From positions 1,680,001-1,712,000 of the forward strand of contig OY969425.1 of assembly GCA_963699255.1 (NCBI GenBank): a stretch of DNA of 32,000 nt, given 5' to 3'. Below are positions 1 to 10,715 of this stretch, in pieces. The position numbers and the translations under genes were made by a program. Origin of the DNA: an uncultured bacterium (GTDB lineage Bacteria > Margulisbacteria > WOR-1 > CAVSGV01). How positions within the stretch are numbered: position 1 is the first letter of the stretch; every line of letters begins with the position of its first letter. Under the pieces are notes generated by a model, which made no database searches, was not told the DNA's origin, and was given only the letters and a program-made list of their open reading frames with translations.

Positions 1-1
1 C

Positions 2-1846
2 ATTATCGACACGCCGGGACATGTTGATTTTACGGTAGAAGTGGAGAGATCGCTCAGGGTGCTGGACGGAATGGTCGCGGTTTTTTGCGCCGTGGGAGGC
101 GTGCAGCCCCAGTCAGAGACCGTCTGGAGGCAGGCCACAAAATACAAGGTCCCCAGGCTCGCTTTTATCAACAAGATGGACAGGATCGGCGCGGACTTTT
201 TCAGGTGCGTAAAGCAGATGAAGGAGCGTCTTGGCGCGCATCCGGTCCTCCTGCAGTTACCGATAGGTGCTGAAGACAAGTTTTTGGGAGTTGTAGATCT
301 CGTTGAAATGAAAGCGATAGTTTTTGAGGATGAACTTGGAGCAAAACCATTGATCAAAGAGATCCCGGCTGAGCTTCAAAAGGACGCAAAAATCTACAGG
401 GAAAAGCTGATCGAAGCAGCGGCGGAAGCGGATGACGCGCTGCTCGAAAAATACATGGAGAAACATGTTTTGGAAAATGACGAGATAAAACGCGGGATCA
501 GGAAGCTGACGGTTGAATGCAAGATCATTCCTGTTACCTGCGGGACCGCATTCAAGAACAAGGGCATTCAACCCATGTTAGATGCTGTTATCGACTATCT
601 CCCGTCCCCGATAGATGTACCGTCGGTAACGGGATTCAATCCGGTATCGGGAGTTGATGAAGAAAGGGCTTCAACGGACAACGCTCCGTTCTCAGCCCTG
701 GCATTCAAGATAGCAACGGATCCTTTCGTTGGGAAACTGATATTTTTCAGGGTTTATTCGGGCACATTAAAATCCGGCTCCTACATACTTAATTCAACCA
801 AGGATTCAAAGGAAAGGATCGGAAGGCTTCTTCAGATGTACGCGGATAAGCGCGCGGAGATCGAAGAGGTCCACGCGGGGGATATTGCCGCGGCTGTGGG
901 ACTTAAGGGGACCACGACCGGCGATACGATATGCGAGGAATCAAAACCGATAATCCTTGAATCAATAGTGTTCCCGGAGCCTGTTATTTTCGTTGCGATC
1001 GAGCCCAAGACCAAGGCTGACCAAGAAAAGCTCGGCGTTGCTCTTGGCCGTCTGGCCGAAGAGGATCCCACATTCAGGATCAAGGGAGATCCTGATACAG
1101 GACAAACGATCATTTCCGGCATGGGGGAGCTTCACCTGGAGATCATCGTTGACAGGCTCTTGAGAGAATTCAGGGTGGAAGCGAATGTGGGCAAGCCTCA
1201 GGTAGCTTACAAGGAAACGATCAAGGGCACTGCTGAAGCCGAGGGGAAATTCATAAGACAGACCGGAGGCCGCGGTCAATACGGACATGTTTGGGTAACG
1301 GTGGAGCCGCTGCCGCCGGGCGGTAAATTTGAATTCGTGAATAAGATCGTCGGCGGATCGATACCGAAGGAGTACATCCCTGCCGTTGAGGACGGGATCG
1401 TTGAAGCGATGCAGACCGGAGTGCTCGCGGGCTATCCTGTGATCGATCTCAGGGTCACGCTTTTCGACGGTTCATTCCACGAGGTGGACTCTTCAGAAAT
1501 GGCGTTCAAGATAGCAGGGTCAATGGCTTTCAAAGACGGGTTCATAAGAGCAAAACCGATTTTGCTTGAACCTATAATGAAGGTTGAAGTGGAGATACCG
1601 GAACAGTACATGGGTGACGTTATAGGCGATCTTAACAGCAGAAGAGGGAAAATAGAGGGAATGGAATCCCATGCAGGCGTGCAGATAATAAAAGCGAGAG
1701 TCCCTCTCTCCGACATGTTCGGATATGCCACGGCTCTCAGGTCGAAGACGCAGGGAAGAGGGATATACACGATGGAATTTTCAACGTATGAGGAAATGCC
1801 AAAGAACATCGCCGAGGGAATAATCACAAAGGCGCAGGGGAAATAA
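2..1846 (+). CDS. fusA: Elongation factor G, 5'-truncated by window edge; the reading frame is open upstream of the ORF-track GTG at 41 ([17 protein letters not shown]...)
   Basis: DTPGHVDF G-domain motif read from nt 2-31 in frame; [17 protein letters not shown]; NKMDR motif; C-terminal EF-G signature domains; followed by rpsJ. Confidence 0.97.
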   Translation: MIDTPGHVDFTVEVERSLRVLDGMVAVFCAVGGVQPQSETVWRQATKYKVPRLAFINKMDRIGADFFRCVKQMKERLGAHPVLLQLPIGAEDKFLGVVDLVEMKAIVFEDELGAKPLIKEIPAELQKDAKIYREKLIEAAAEADDALLEKYMEKHVLENDEIKRGIRKLTVECKIIPVTCGTAFKNKGIQPMLDAVIDYLPSPIDVPSVTGFNPVSGVDEERASTDNAPFSALAFKIATDPFVGKLIFFRVYSGTLKSGSYILNSTKDSKERIGRLLQMYADKRAEIEEVHAGDIAAAVGLKGTTTGDTICEESKPIILESIVFPEPVIFVAIEPKTKADQEKLGVALGRLAEEDPTFRIKGDPDTGQTIISGMGELHLEIIVDRLLREFRVEANVGKPQVAYKETIKGTAEAEGKFIRQTGGRGQYGHVWVTVEPLPPGGKFEFVNKIVGGSIPKEYIPAVEDGIVEAMQTGVLAGYPVIDLRVTLFDGSFHEVDSSEMAFKIAGSMAFKDGFIRAKPILLEPIMKVEVEIPEQYMGDVIGDLNSRRGKIEGMESHAGVQIIKARVPLSDMFGYATALRSKTQGRGIYTMEFSTYEEMPKNIAEGIITKAQGK

Positions 1847-1851
1847 TAATC

Positions 1852-2160
1852 ATGGTGAGACAAAAAATAAGGATCAGATTAAAAGGGTATGACGGCAGAC
1901 TGCTGGATCAATCCGCGTTAAAGATCGTTGATACCGCAAAGCGCGCGGGCGGAGTTGTTTCCGGTCCCATACCTCTTCCTACCGACAGGGAAATATACTG
2001 TGTGAATATGTCGACGAATATCGACAAAAAGTCGCGCGAGCATTTTGAGATAAGGGTGCATAAAAGATTGATAGATATCCTTGATCCCGCGCAGCAGACG
2101 GTTGACGCGCTGATGCAGCTGGATCTGCCGGCCGGAGTGGATATCGAGATAAAGAGCTGA
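1852..2160 (+). CDS. rpsJ: 30S ribosomal protein S10
   Basis: [19 protein letters not shown]...GPIPLPT...[11 protein letters not shown] matches S10; synteny. Confidence 0.97.
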   Translation: MVRQKIRIRLKGYDGRLLDQSALKIVDTAKRAGGVVSGPIPLPTDREIYCVNMSTNIDKKSREHFEIRVHKRLIDILDPAQQTVDALMQLDLPAGVDIEIKS

Positions 2161-2166
2161 AATAAC

Positions 2167-2874
2167 ATGGCGGAAATTTTAGGTAAAAAAGTCGGAATGA
2201 CACACATATACAGCGAGACCGGGCTTATGGAGCCGGTGACCCTGATACAGGCGGGTCCGTGCGTTGTCGTGAATTTGAGGACGAAGGAAAAGCACGGATA
2301 CCAATCGATTCAGCTTGGTTTTACCAAACCGAAGAAGATGAACAAGCCGATGGAGGGATATTTCAAGAAGCAGGGCGTCAAGGAGAATTTCAGGTATCTG
2401 AGAGAATTCAGGAAAGATAAGCTAGACGGGTATTCTATAGGCCAGGAAATAAAGGCCGATGCGTTCAAGATGTATGAGATCGTGAGCGTTACCGGGGTCT
2501 CTATCGGGAAGGGCTTTCAGGGACCGGTAAAAAGATATCATTTTAACAGGCATCCTATGAGCCATGGCTCCAAGTCCCACAGGATGCCTGGCTCCTCAGG
2601 ATCGGGAACATTCGTCTCTCATGTTTTCAAAGGGAAAAGAAGAGCAGGCCACATGGGGTTTGACACGGTCACGGCGAAAGGGCTTGTTGTTCTATATGTC
2701 GACGCGGCAAATAACATTTTAGGGGTAAGGGGATCGGTCCCCGGACCTAAGGGGAATCTTTTGATAGTTAAGGGCACGGGTGTTATCACGAAGCCACGAG
2801 TAAAGAGGATCGCGCAGGCTCCGCTTGAAAAAGCGGCGAAGATAGCAGCTGAAGCTACTTCGGCAAAGAAATAG
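2167..2874 (+). CDS. rplC: 50S ribosomal protein L3
   Basis: ILGKKVGMTHIY start, GxxKGKGFQG-like core, MGFDTVTAKGL; synteny. Confidence 0.97.
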   Translation: MAEILGKKVGMTHIYSETGLMEPVTLIQAGPCVVVNLRTKEKHGYQSIQLGFTKPKKMNKPMEGYFKKQGVKENFRYLREFRKDKLDGYSIGQEIKADAFKMYEIVSVTGVSIGKGFQGPVKRYHFNRHPMSHGSKSHRMPGSSGSGTFVSHVFKGKRRAGHMGFDTVTAKGLVVLYVDAANNILGVRGSVPGPKGNLLIVKGTGVITKPRVKRIAQAPLEKAAKIAAEATSAKK

Positions 2875-2883
2875 AGGAAAACC

Positions 2884-3507
2884 ATGGTTAAGCTGGACCT
2901 ATACGGAGCAAACGGAAAAATCGATGGAAGCGTTTCGGCTTCCGACAGGATTTTTTCTTCACCCGTAAATGAACACGTTGTCAATGAGACGCTGAACTGG
3001 TATCTGGCCACCGGCAGGCAGGGAAGTGCGAACACAAAAACCCGCGCGGAAGTTTCCGGGGGCGGGAAGAAACCGTGGAGGCAGAAAGGCACGGGACGCG
3101 CCAGGATAGGAGATAACAGGGCGCCTCACTGGAGACACGGCGGGGTCGTATTCGGGCCTAAACCGAGAGACTATTCGTTCAGCCTGCCGATAAAGATGAG
3201 AAAAGCCGCCATCAGGTCCGTTCTTTCTGACAAGGCTCAATCAGGAAAGATAAAAATTATCGGGAAAATATCTTTAACTCAGGCAAAGACAAAAGAAATG
3301 GTTAAGGTGCTCGAAGCGCTGGGGATAAAGAAGAGCGCGCTTTTGATCATTCCCGCGCATGATGAAACGGTTGAGCGGGCTTCAAAGAACATTAAAGGCG
3401 TTAAGGTCGCGCTGGGCAAAGCGTTGAATGTTCATGATCTGCTTAAGTATGATGAAATGATCATCACGAAAGATGCTGTCCCTGTTCTCGAGGAGGCTTA
3501 CGCGTAA
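2884..3507 (+). CDS. rplD: 50S ribosomal protein L4
   Basis: TRAEVSGGGKKPWRQKGTGRARIGDNRAPHWRHGGVVFGP signature; synteny. Confidence 0.97.
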   Translation: MVKLDLYGANGKIDGSVSASDRIFSSPVNEHVVNETLNWYLATGRQGSANTKTRAEVSGGGKKPWRQKGTGRARIGDNRAPHWRHGGVVFGPKPRDYSFSLPIKMRKAAIRSVLSDKAQSGKIKIIGKISLTQAKTKEMVKVLEALGIKKSALLIIPAHDETVERASKNIKGVKVALGKALNVHDLLKYDEMIITKDAVPVLEEAYA

Positions 3508-3797
3508 TGGCTGACCCGTATCAAATAATAATTGAACCGATCGTGACGGAGAAAAGCTCCGGACTGATGGCGAGTTCCGTATATGTGTTCAGGGTGCTGA
3601 AAGATGCGACCAAGACGCAAATAAAGAACGCGCTTAAACAGGCGTTCGACGTTGACGCTGAGTCGATCAATACCGCCAAAGTAAGGGGTAAAGCGAGAAC
3701 ACTTGGACGAAGCATAGGCAGGACAGCCGGATGGAAGAAAGCGTATGTTAAGCTGAAAGAAGGCCAGAAGATAAAGGAACTGGAGGCAGGAGCATAA
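3507..3797 (+). CDS. rplW: 50S ribosomal protein L23
   Basis: [14 protein letters not shown]...[24 protein letters not shown]; TAATG overlap with rplD. Confidence 0.96.
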   Translation: MADPYQIIIEPIVTEKSSGLMASSVYVFRVLKDATKTQIKNALKQAFDVDAESINTAKVRGKARTLGRSIGRTAGWKKAYVKLKEGQKIKELEAGA

Positions 3798-4624
3798 TGC
3801 CGGTACATGTAAGAAGATCATTAACTAACGGTCAGAGGGGCAGGGTCGACCTGGATTTCGGCGATCTTACGACTTCTACACCCGAAAAGTCCCTGCTGGT
3901 AAAGATACAAAAGACCTCAGGGAGAGATTGGCGCGGCAGAATAAGCATGAGGCACAGGGGCGGCGGCAGCAAGAAGCTTTTCAGGGTTATTGATTTCAAA
4001 AGGACCAAGGACGGAGTCCCGGCCAAGGTCATCTCCGTTGAATATGATCCTTACAGGAATGCTTTCATATCGTTACTGCAATATCGTGACGGTGAAAAGA
4101 GATATATTTTGTCGCCTCTGGGCATCAAAGTGGGGGATGTTGTGGAATCAGGTCCGAATGTGGACGTAAAACCGGGCAACGCCCTGCCGATAAAGAATAT
4201 TCCTGTGGGCACCGTTATACATAATATTGAAATTGCCGCCGGAGCGGGCGCGGCGTTCGCGCGATCCGCGGGTTCTTTTGCTTCTCTTGTCGCGAAAGAA
4301 GGAAGATACGCGACGATAAAGCTGCCTTCCGGGGAGCAGAGACTTGTTCACATCGATTGCCGTGCCACCGTGGGACAGATCGGCAACCTTGACGCAAAGA
4401 ACGTCCGGCTTGGCAGGGCAGGAAGAATGAGGCACCGTGGCAGGAGACCTGCGGTCCGGGGAGTTGTCATGAACCCGTGCGATCACCCGCATGGCGGAGG
4501 AGAAGGGCGTTCACCAATTGGAATGCCATCCCCGAAAACACCTTGGGGCAAGCCTACGCTTGGATACAGGACGCGAAAGAAAAGAAAGATCAGCGATAGA
4601 TTTATAATTATGAGGAGGGCTTAA
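3797..4624 (+). CDS. rplB: 50S ribosomal protein L2
   Basis: [35 protein letters not shown] signature. Confidence 0.98.
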   Translation: MPVHVRRSLTNGQRGRVDLDFGDLTTSTPEKSLLVKIQKTSGRDWRGRISMRHRGGGSKKLFRVIDFKRTKDGVPAKVISVEYDPYRNAFISLLQYRDGEKRYILSPLGIKVGDVVESGPNVDVKPGNALPIKNIPVGTVIHNIEIAAGAGAAFARSAGSFASLVAKEGRYATIKLPSGEQRLVHIDCRATVGQIGNLDAKNVRLGRAGRMRHRGRRPAVRGVVMNPCDHPHGGGEGRSPIGMPSPKTPWGKPTLGYRTRKKRKISDRFIIMRRA

Positions 4625-4625
4625 C

Positions 4626-4910
4626 TTGACCAGATCTTCAAAAAAAGGACCTTTTGTTGATTATCATCTGTATGAAAAGATCAACAGGATGCAGTCGGGC
4701 GGAGAAAAGAAAATGATAAAGACTTGGTCAAGAAGGAGCGTTATCACTCCGGAAATGATCGGGTTCACGATAGCCGTCCATAACGGCAATAAACATATTC
4801 CTATATATATAACGGAGAACATGGTGGGATGCAAACTCGGGGAATTCGCGCCGACAAGGACGTTCAGGGGCCACAGCATCCCGACGGCAAAAACAACGGC
4901 GCTGACATAA
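4626..4910 (+). CDS. rpsS: 30S ribosomal protein S19 (TTG start)
   Basis: [13 protein letters not shown]...[14 protein letters not shown]...[12 protein letters not shown]. Confidence 0.97.
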   Translation: MTRSSKKGPFVDYHLYEKINRMQSGGEKKMIKTWSRRSVITPEMIGFTIAVHNGNKHIPIYITENMVGCKLGEFAPTRTFRGHSIPTAKTTALT

Positions 4911-4914
4911 TTAT

Positions 4915-5271
4915 ATGAAAGTAAAAGCACAAGCCAAATATTTAAGAGCGGCTCCCAGAAAAGTGAGGCAGGTCGCCGATCTGATCAGGGGGAAAAATAC
5001 CAAGGAAGCTCTGGTCATGCTTAAATTCATACCCAATATGGGAGCGAAGCTGATCGAGAAGGTGCTTAAATCCGCCGTCGCGAACGCGAAGCACAACTAT
5101 AAGCTGGGCGATGATAAGTTGTTCGTATCGGAGATCCTGATCGATGGAGCAACCCCTTTTAAAAGGATACATCCGCGGGCTCGGGGCAGCGCGTTCCCGA
5201 TATTAAAAAGACAGAGTCATATAACGATATATATTGAGGAGGCATTAAGTGGGCCAAAAAGTTCATCCTAA
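4915..5271 (+). CDS. rplV: 50S ribosomal protein L22
   Basis: [21 protein letters not shown]...[22 protein letters not shown]. Confidence 0.96.
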   Translation: MKVKAQAKYLRAAPRKVRQVADLIRGKNTKEALVMLKFIPNMGAKLIEKVLKSAVANAKHNYKLGDDKLFVSEILIDGATPFKRIHPRARGSAFPILKRQSHITIYIEEALSGPKSSS

Positions 5272-5941
5272 GGGATTTCGCGTAGGGATAACAGAGACCT
5301 GGGATTCCAACTGGTTTACCGGCAAGAAGGAATACGGCCCTCTTTTGCTTGAGGACCTGAAGGTACGCAAGTATATCAAGCACAATCTCTATAAAGCCGG
5401 AATATCAAAGATATTGATAAGCAGAAGGGCGAACCAGATAGAGGTGAATGTTTTTTCCGCCAAACCCGGTCTTGTGATAGGCAGGGGAGGCAGAGAAGTC
5501 GCGGCCTTAAGGGAAGAGCTGGTCAAGATGACCCAAAAGCAGGTGGAGCTGAACATTCAGGAGGAACAAAACCCGGAGATCTGCGCTCAGCTTGTTGCTG
5601 AAAATGTGGCGGCTCAGCAGGAAAAAAGGATCGCATACAGAAGGGCAATGAAACAGGCAGTTGCAAAAGCGCTGCGTTCCGGCGCAAAAGGTATAAAGAT
5701 AATGTGCGGCGGACGTCTCAACGGCGCTGAGATCGCAAGAAGCGAGTGGTATAGAAAAGGAAGGGTCCCGCTTCAGACTCTTCGCGCAAGGATCGATTAC
5801 GGCTTCGCCGAAGCGATGACGGTTTACGGTAAGATCGGCGTAAAAGTGTGGATCTATAAAGGGGATACCTTCACTGAAAAGGAACAGGCTGCGGGAGAGA
5901 TCATAAAGCCATCCGTTACAGTGGTGGAGACGGTGAGCTGA
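5249..5941 (+). CDS. rpsC: 30S ribosomal protein S3 (GTG start, overlaps rplV)
   Basis: [23 protein letters not shown]...GVKVWIYKG. Confidence 0.97.
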   Translation: MGQKVHPKGFRVGITETWDSNWFTGKKEYGPLLLEDLKVRKYIKHNLYKAGISKILISRRANQIEVNVFSAKPGLVIGRGGREVAALREELVKMTQKQVELNIQEEQNPEICAQLVAENVAAQQEKRIAYRRAMKQAVAKALRSGAKGIKIMCGGRLNGAEIARSEWYRKGRVPLQTLRARIDYGFAEAMTVYGKIGVKVWIYKGDTFTEKEQAAGEIIKPSVTVVETVS

Positions 5942-5945
5942 TAAG

Positions 5946-6356
5946 ATGGGCATACAACCAAAAAAAGTTAAGTTCAGGAAAGATCAGAGAGGAAAAAGAA
6001 GAGGCGTAGCTACCAGGGGCAATACGATCTGTTTTGGAGAATACGGCCTCCAGGCTCTTGAAGCATGCTGGCTTAAGACGAACCAGATAGAATCAGCGAG
6101 AAAAGCCGTTACGCACTTTGTTAAAAGGGGCGGCAAAGTATGGATAAGGGTATTGTGTGACAAATCGGCGACCGCGCGTCCCGCTGAAACTCGCATGGGC
6201 AGCGGAAAGGGCGATCCCGCGTATTATGTCGCGGTCATCAGACCGGGCAAGATACTATTCGAGCTCGCGGGGGTTTCGAAGGAAGATGCCGTGGAAGCAA
6301 TGAGACTTGCCGGACACAAGCTTCCGATGAAGACCAGACTGGTAGTAAAGGTGTAA
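5946..6356 (+). CDS. rplP: 50S ribosomal protein L16
   Basis: [22 protein letters not shown]...[24 protein letters not shown]. Confidence 0.97.
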   Translation: MGIQPKKVKFRKDQRGKRRGVATRGNTICFGEYGLQALEACWLKTNQIESARKAVTHFVKRGGKVWIRVLCDKSATARPAETRMGSGKGDPAYYVAVIRPGKILFELAGVSKEDAVEAMRLAGHKLPMKTRLVVKV

Positions 6357-6357
6357 T

Positions 6358-6576
6358 ATGGCAAAAATAAAGGATACAGCGGAAAATTTGCGCCAGCTCG
6401 ATGTTAAAGAGCTGGAGGGAAAACTTGTCTCAGGAAGAGAAAATCTTTTTAAGCTCAAATTAAAACGCAGCGAACAGAAGGATCCTCTTAAGATAAGATG
6501 GGCGCGCCGAAATGTTGCCAGGATTTTAACGATAATAAAGGAGAAAACAGGTGGAACCGCAGAAAAAAGCAAATAG
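6358..6576 (+). CDS. rpmC: 50S ribosomal protein L29
   Basis: Small protein with LRQLDVKELEGKL...ENLFKLKLKR...RWARRNVARILTIIKEK; position between rplP and rpsQ. Confidence 0.92.
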   Translation: MAKIKDTAENLRQLDVKELEGKLVSGRENLFKLKLKRSEQKDPLKIRWARRNVARILTIIKEKTGGTAEKSK

Positions 6577-6889
6577 AAAGATAAAAGAGGGCGTTGTCAT
6601 TTCCGATAAAATGTCAAAGACCGTCGTGGTGCAGATCGAGAGGAAAGTCAGGCACCCTCTGTATCAAAAAGTAATAAGGATATCTAACACATTTAAAGCT
6701 CATGATGAAGGGGAGACATGTTCGGTCGGGGATACGGTCAGGATCATGGAGGTCAGGCCCATGTCTTCGGACAAGAGATGGGTGGTAATAAAGGTTCTCG
6801 GCAAGAAAAAAGAATTTATCGAGGATGAGGATAAAGGCATGCCGGCTCCTGTAAGAAGGGTAAAGGAGACCCAAAGTGATACAAAATAG
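6551..6889 (+). CDS. rpsQ: 30S ribosomal protein S17 (GTG start proposed; true start uncertain)
   Basis: [30 protein letters not shown]...[29 protein letters not shown]. Confidence 0.95.
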   Translation: MEPQKKANRKIKEGVVISDKMSKTVVVQIERKVRHPLYQKVIRISNTFKAHDEGETCSVGDTVRIMEVRPMSSDKRWVVIKVLGKKKEFIEDEDKGMPAPVRRVKETQSDTK

Positions 6890-7244
6890 ATCAATGATCA
6901 CGGTCGCTGACAACAGCGGCGCCAAGGTCGTGATGTGCATAAGAGTTCTGGGTTCTTCCAACAAAAGATGCGCCGGAGTAGGCGATCTTTTTACGGCGGT
7001 TGTGAAAACCGCCAACCCTAATATGACCGTGAAAAAAAGCGAAGTGGTGCTAGCCGTTCTTGTGAGAGCCAGAAAGCCGCTTCGCAGGGAAGACGGGAGC
7101 TATGTGAGGTTTGATGATAACGCGGCCGTTATTATCGGCAAGGACGGGAATCCGCGCGGCACCAGGATCTTCGGGCCTGTTGCCAGGGAACTCAGGGACA
7201 GGAATTTCATGAAAATTATTTCTCTCGCACCGGAGGTTGTATAA
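6876..7244 (+). CDS. rplN: 50S ribosomal protein L14
   Basis: [26 protein letters not shown]...[28 protein letters not shown]. Confidence 0.98.
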   Translation: MIQNRSMITVADNSGAKVVMCIRVLGSSNKRCAGVGDLFTAVVKTANPNMTVKKSEVVLAVLVRARKPLRREDGSYVRFDDNAAVIIGKDGNPRGTRIFGPVARELRDRNFMKIISLAPEVV

Positions 7245-7249
7245 CGATC

Positions 7250-7564
7250 ATGGGGAACAGACTTAAAAAGGGCGATACGGTTGTTGTGCTTTCCGGCAAG
7301 GATAAAGGTAAAAAAGGGAAAATACTCAGTGTTTTTGATGACGGCATCGTTGTTGAAAAAGTGAATGTTGCCAAAAAGCACCAGAAGCCGACAAAAACCT
7401 TTCAGGGGGGCATCATAGAAAAGCCGGTAGCCGTTAATCCGTCAAAGATCATGCTGGTATGTCCGAAATGCGGCGAGGCAACAAGGGTCAGGTTTGACAA
7501 GGTCGAAGGAAAAAGCACCAGGAAATGCGTCAGCTGCAAAGAGATAGTTGATAAGGTCAAATAA
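7250..7564 (+). CDS. rplX: 50S ribosomal protein L24
   Basis: [24 protein letters not shown] motif; zinc-ribbon-like [10 protein letters not shown]...CVSCKEI. Confidence 0.95.
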   Translation: MGNRLKKGDTVVVLSGKDKGKKGKILSVFDDGIVVEKVNVAKKHQKPTKTFQGGIIEKPVAVNPSKIMLVCPKCGEATRVRFDKVEGKSTRKCVSCKEIVDKVK

Positions 7565-7566
7565 TC

Positions 7567-8106
7567 ATGAAGAACTTAAAAGAGAGATATAAGAAGGAAA
7601 TAGTGCCGGGGATGATGAAGAGGTTCGGGTACAAGAACCCGATGCAGGTCCCTCGCGTAGTTAAGATCGTTGTTAACAGGGGGGTAGGAGAGGCGACCAG
7701 CAATCCCAAGGCGATCGATATCTCTGTTGCCGAACTTGTCGCAATAACCGGGCAGAGACCCCTTGTCACAAAATCAAAAAAAGCTATCTCGGGTTTCAAG
7801 CTGAAGGAGAACATCTCTATCGGGTGTGTGGTCACCCTAAGAGGTCAGAGGATGTATGATTTTCTGGATAAGCTCGTTAACATCTGCCTGCCCAGGATAC
7901 GTGATTTCAGGGGAGTAAATCCTAAATCGTTCGATGGGCACGGGAATTATTCGTTAGGGATCAAAGAGCAGCTTATTTTTCCGGAGATCGTTTATGACAA
8001 AGTGGACAAGCCCAGGGGCATGGATGTTACGATAGTGACGAATGCTTCCAGGGATGAGGAAGCTCATGAACTTCTTAGGCTGATCGGTTTTCCGTTCAGG
8101 AAATAG
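7567..8106 (+). CDS. rplE: 50S ribosomal protein L5
   Basis: [20 protein letters not shown]...[22 protein letters not shown]...PRIRDFRG. Confidence 0.97.
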   Translation: MKNLKERYKKEIVPGMMKRFGYKNPMQVPRVVKIVVNRGVGEATSNPKAIDISVAELVAITGQRPLVTKSKKAISGFKLKENISIGCVVTLRGQRMYDFLDKLVNICLPRIRDFRGVNPKSFDGHGNYSLGIKEQLIFPEIVYDKVDKPRGMDVTIVTNASRDEEAHELLRLIGFPFRK

Positions 8107-8150
8107 ACACCGGAGCTTACGGAGCTTAATTACAGGGTAAGGAGAAGATA

Positions 8151-8336
8151 GTGGCAAAAAAATGCATGGTACTAAAATCGAAGAAAACGCCGAAGTTTCC
8201 TGTAAGGAAACACAGCAGGTGCTCAATATGCGGAAGACCTCGCGGATTTATGCGGAAATTCGGCATATGCAGGATCTGTTTTAGAACGATGGCGCATGAG
8301 GGTGTTCTTCCCGGCGTAATGAAATCAAGCTGGTAG
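8151..8336 (+). CDS. rpsN: 30S ribosomal protein S14 type Z (zinc-binding), GTG start
   Basis: 61 aa with [39 protein letters not shown]; two CxxC pairs. Confidence 0.96.
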   Translation: MAKKCMVLKSKKTPKFPVRKHSRCSICGRPRGFMRKFGICRICFRTMAHEGVLPGVMKSSW

Positions 8337-8357
8337 ATCGGTCTACCGACAGGCAGG
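8332..8357 (+). repeat. Short palindromic element candidate A (GGTAGATCGGTCTACCGACAGGCAGG); overlaps the TAG stop of rpsN
   Basis: Perfect 6-bp stem GGTAGA/TCTACC (8332-8337 / 8342-8347), followed by CAGGCAGG. Confidence 0.5.
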
Positions 8358-8364
8358 TGAATAA

Positions 8365-8763
8365 ATGTATTTAACAGATTCTATAGGCGACATGTTAACG
8401 AGGATAAGGAATGCGGCCAGCGTGAAGGATGAAGCGGCTGACATTCCTGCTTCAAGAGAGAAACTTGCGATCGCGCAAATACTGAAAGATGAAGGGTTTA
8501 TCTCAAAAGTTGAGAGCATCATGAAAAGGAATAAAAAAATGATCAGGGTGACTCTTAAATACGGGAAAAAGAAGGAGAGCATTATTCGCGGGATAAAAAG
8601 GGTAAGCACACCCGGAAGACGCATTTACAAGGGGAAGGACGATATTCCAAGGATCAGGTCCGGGTTTGGCATTGCTTTAATATCAACTTCCAAAGGCATA
8701 TTGACCGACTCTGCGGCAAGAGAGCTCGGGGCCGGCGGAGAGATCATTTGTTATGTCTGGTAG
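8365..8763 (+). CDS. rpsH: 30S ribosomal protein S8
   Basis: MYLTDSIGDMLTRIRNA...ISTSKGILTDSAARELGAGGEIICYVW. Confidence 0.97.
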   Translation: MYLTDSIGDMLTRIRNAASVKDEAADIPASREKLAIAQILKDEGFISKVESIMKRNKKMIRVTLKYGKKKESIIRGIKRVSTPGRRIYKGKDDIPRIRSGFGIALISTSKGILTDSAARELGAGGEIICYVW

Positions 8764-8770
8764 TAAAAAA

Positions 8771-8788
8771 GCCCCGCTAAATCGGGGC
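8771..8788 (+). promoter_or_regulatory. Intercistronic hairpin B, GCCCCG-CTAAAT-CGGGGC, between rpsH and rplF
   Basis: Perfect 6-bp GC-rich stem, no downstream U-run. Confidence 0.5.
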
Positions 8789-8805
8789 AGGGAAGAGAAT
8801 AGACC

Positions 8806-9363
8806 ATGTCAAGAGTAGGAAGAAAGATAATAGACCTGCCAAAAGGCGTTGAAGTGAAGATAGACGGCAGCAGCATCACCGTAAAGGGGCCCAAGGGAAC
8901 CCTTTCAAGATGTTTGCCCAACGGGATCTCCGTTTCTCAGGATGGCGGGAAGCTGACGGTGAAAAGGGGCAGTGAAGAGAACAATGTCAGAGCGATGCAC
9001 GGACTGTACAGGGCATTGATCGCGAACATGGTCACCGGTGTTGTACAGGGGTTTGAAAGAAAACTGGAGCTTTCCGGAGTTGGTTATCGCGCGAGCAAGC
9101 AGGGGAATAAGCTGGTCATGCTGCTTGGCTTTTCCCACCCCATAATTTTTGATCCGCCCGCCGGCATAGAATTCCGGCTGGAAGGACAGGAGAAGGTCAT
9201 AGTTGCGGGCGCTGATAAGGAACTTGTAGGCGAGATAGCGTCCAGCATCAAGAAATCAAAAGAAGTCGAGCCGTATAAATTAAAAGGAATAAAATATTTT
9301 GGAGAGATCATCAAGAAAAAAGCCGGAAAGGCTGCAAAAGCGGCGGGAGCGGGTGCAAAATAA
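8806..9363 (+). CDS. rplF: 50S ribosomal protein L6
   Basis: [17 protein letters not shown]...[10 protein letters not shown]...[21 protein letters not shown]. Confidence 0.97.
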   Translation: MSRVGRKIIDLPKGVEVKIDGSSITVKGPKGTLSRCLPNGISVSQDGGKLTVKRGSEENNVRAMHGLYRALIANMVTGVVQGFERKLELSGVGYRASKQGNKLVMLLGFSHPIIFDPPAGIEFRLEGQEKVIVAGADKELVGEIASSIKKSKEVEPYKLKGIKYFGEIIKKKAGKAAKAAGAGAK

Positions 9364-9689
9364 TGAAAGGCAAGTTAACGAGAAAGATAAAAGGCTCGAC
9401 CGAAAGACCCAGGCTTTCAGTATTCAGGAGCCTGGGCCATATATATGCTCAGGTCATTGATGATGATAAAGGCATAACCCTGGCTTCCGTATCTACGCTG
9501 GCGCTTAAGAAATCGGGGAAAAAGGTAAAGAATAATATTGAAGCGGCAAAACGAGTTGGAGAAGAGATCGCGAAACGCTCCATCGCCGCGGGTATCAAAA
9601 AGGTCGTGTTCGATCGAAGCGGGTATCTATACCACGGTAAAGTAGCGGCTTTGGCTGATGCGGCAAGGAACGGAGGATTGGAATTTTAA
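9363..9689 (+). CDS. rplR: 50S ribosomal protein L18
   Basis: [24 protein letters not shown]...[26 protein letters not shown]. Confidence 0.96.
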   Translation: MKGKLTRKIKGSTERPRLSVFRSLGHIYAQVIDDDKGITLASVSTLALKKSGKKVKNNIEAAKRVGEEIAKRSIAAGIKKVVFDRSGYLYHGKVAALADAARNGGLEF

Positions 9690-9691
9690 AT

Positions 9692-10225
9692 ATGAACGCA
9701 AGAGAACGTCAACAAGAAGAAGATAAACAGCAGGAGAAAGTAGTTCAAATCAGGCGCATATGCAAGGTCGTGAAGGGCGGGAAGAAGCTCGGCTTCAGGG
9801 CGGTCGTTGTCGTGGGTGACGGGCTCGGGATCGTCGGGGTCGGCGTCGGCAAAGCGAACGAAGTTTCATCCGCGATAAGAAAATCAGTTGATGATGCGAA
9901 GAAACATCAGATAAAGGTCCCGATGGTCGGCAAAACCATTCCTCATGATACCGAGGGGACCTGGGGCGCAAGCAAGGTAGTGCTCAGGCCCGCTCCCACT
10001 GGCACCGGTGTTATAGCCGGCGGCGCGGTCAGGACCGTGCTTGAGCTTGCGGGGATCGAGGATGTGGTCGCAAAGTCGATCGGAGCTTCGAACGCAATAA
10101 ATACCGCGAGAGCGACGATCGAGGGGCTTATGACGCTTAAAACCCTGGCAGAAGAGGAAGAGTTCAGGGGTAAAAAGCTTGACGTAAAATTTGTTCAGTC
10201 TGCCTCGCCCGCTGAGGGCGTGTAA
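9692..10225 (+). CDS. rpsE: 30S ribosomal protein S5
   Basis: [42 protein letters not shown]...[17 protein letters not shown]. Confidence 0.97.
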   Translation: MNARERQQEEDKQQEKVVQIRRICKVVKGGKKLGFRAVVVVGDGLGIVGVGVGKANEVSSAIRKSVDDAKKHQIKVPMVGKTIPHDTEGTWGASKVVLRPAPTGTGVIAGGAVRTVLELAGIEDVVAKSIGASNAINTARATIEGLMTLKTLAEEEEFRGKKLDVKFVQSASPAEGV

Positions 10226-10229
10226 ATAG

Positions 10230-10258
10230 GCCCCGACACATTGGTCGGGGCAGGCAGG
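10230..10258 (+). repeat. Short palindromic element candidate C (GCCCCGAC-ACATTG-GTCGGGGC + AGGCAGG) between rpsE and rplO
   Basis: Perfect 8-bp stem 10230-10237 / 10244-10251; 3' CAGGCAGG tail as in candidate A. Confidence 0.55.
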
Positions 10259-10274
10259 AAGAGAGGATCAATTT

Positions 10275-10715
10275 ATGAAAATGGGTGAAATGCACAAGAC
10301 CGAGGGAGCAAGAAAAAAGAAAAAAAGAGTTGGAAGAGGAACGAGTTCCGGGCACGGAAAAACTTCGGGTCGCGGGAACAAAGGGCAGAACGCGAGGCAG
10401 GGCGGAGGCGTGCGTCCCGGATTCGAAGGGGGACAGACCCCTCTTTACAGGAGGCTTCCAAAGGAAAAAGGATTTAAGAACCTGCTCTTTAAGAAGTATT
10501 ACGCGACGATAAATGTCGGCGAGCTGAATAGCTTTAAAGTTACCGTTAATAAGAAAATCCTTGTCGAAGCGGGAAGGATCAGGGAAGGGGATCTTTTAAA
10601 GGTCCTCGGGGACGGGACCCTAAATGTACCGCTCACTGTTGAAGCCGACAAGTTTTCAGAAAGCGCGATGAAAAAGATAAAGGATGCAGGCGGGAGGGCA
10701 GTTCAGCCTTGTTAA
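10275..10715 (+). CDS. rplO: 50S ribosomal protein L15
   Basis: KKRVGRGTSSGHGKTSGRGNKGQNARQGGGVRPGFEGGQTPLYRRLPK. Confidence 0.96.
   Translation: MKMGEMHKTEGARKKKKRVGRGTSSGHGKTSGRGNKGQNARQGGGVRPGFEGGQTPLYRRLPKEKGFKNLLFKKYYATINVGELNSFKVTVNKKILVEAGRIREGDLLKVLGDGTLNVPLTVEADKFSESAMKKIKDAGGRAVQPC

Noticed and set aside
3016-3035. CCGGCAGGCAGGGAAG in rplD resembling the CAGGCAGG palindrome tail
   Set aside because: It encodes TGRQGSA, which aligns with the normal L4 RQGT/S region, and no hairpin precedes it. Treated as coincidence.
4626-4628. TTG starts (rpsS, secY, adk, truA) as a possible recoding signal
   Set aside because: The frames align with conserved N-termini. TTG/GTG starts are common in bacteria and no alternative code is indicated: Trp is TGG, and the TGA/TAG/TAA codons all sit at plausible gene ends.
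7250-7564. L24 with CPKCG..CVSCK as a novel fused zinc ribbon
   Set aside because: Many bacterial L24 proteins carry a similar C-terminal Cys4 motif, so this is a known variant.
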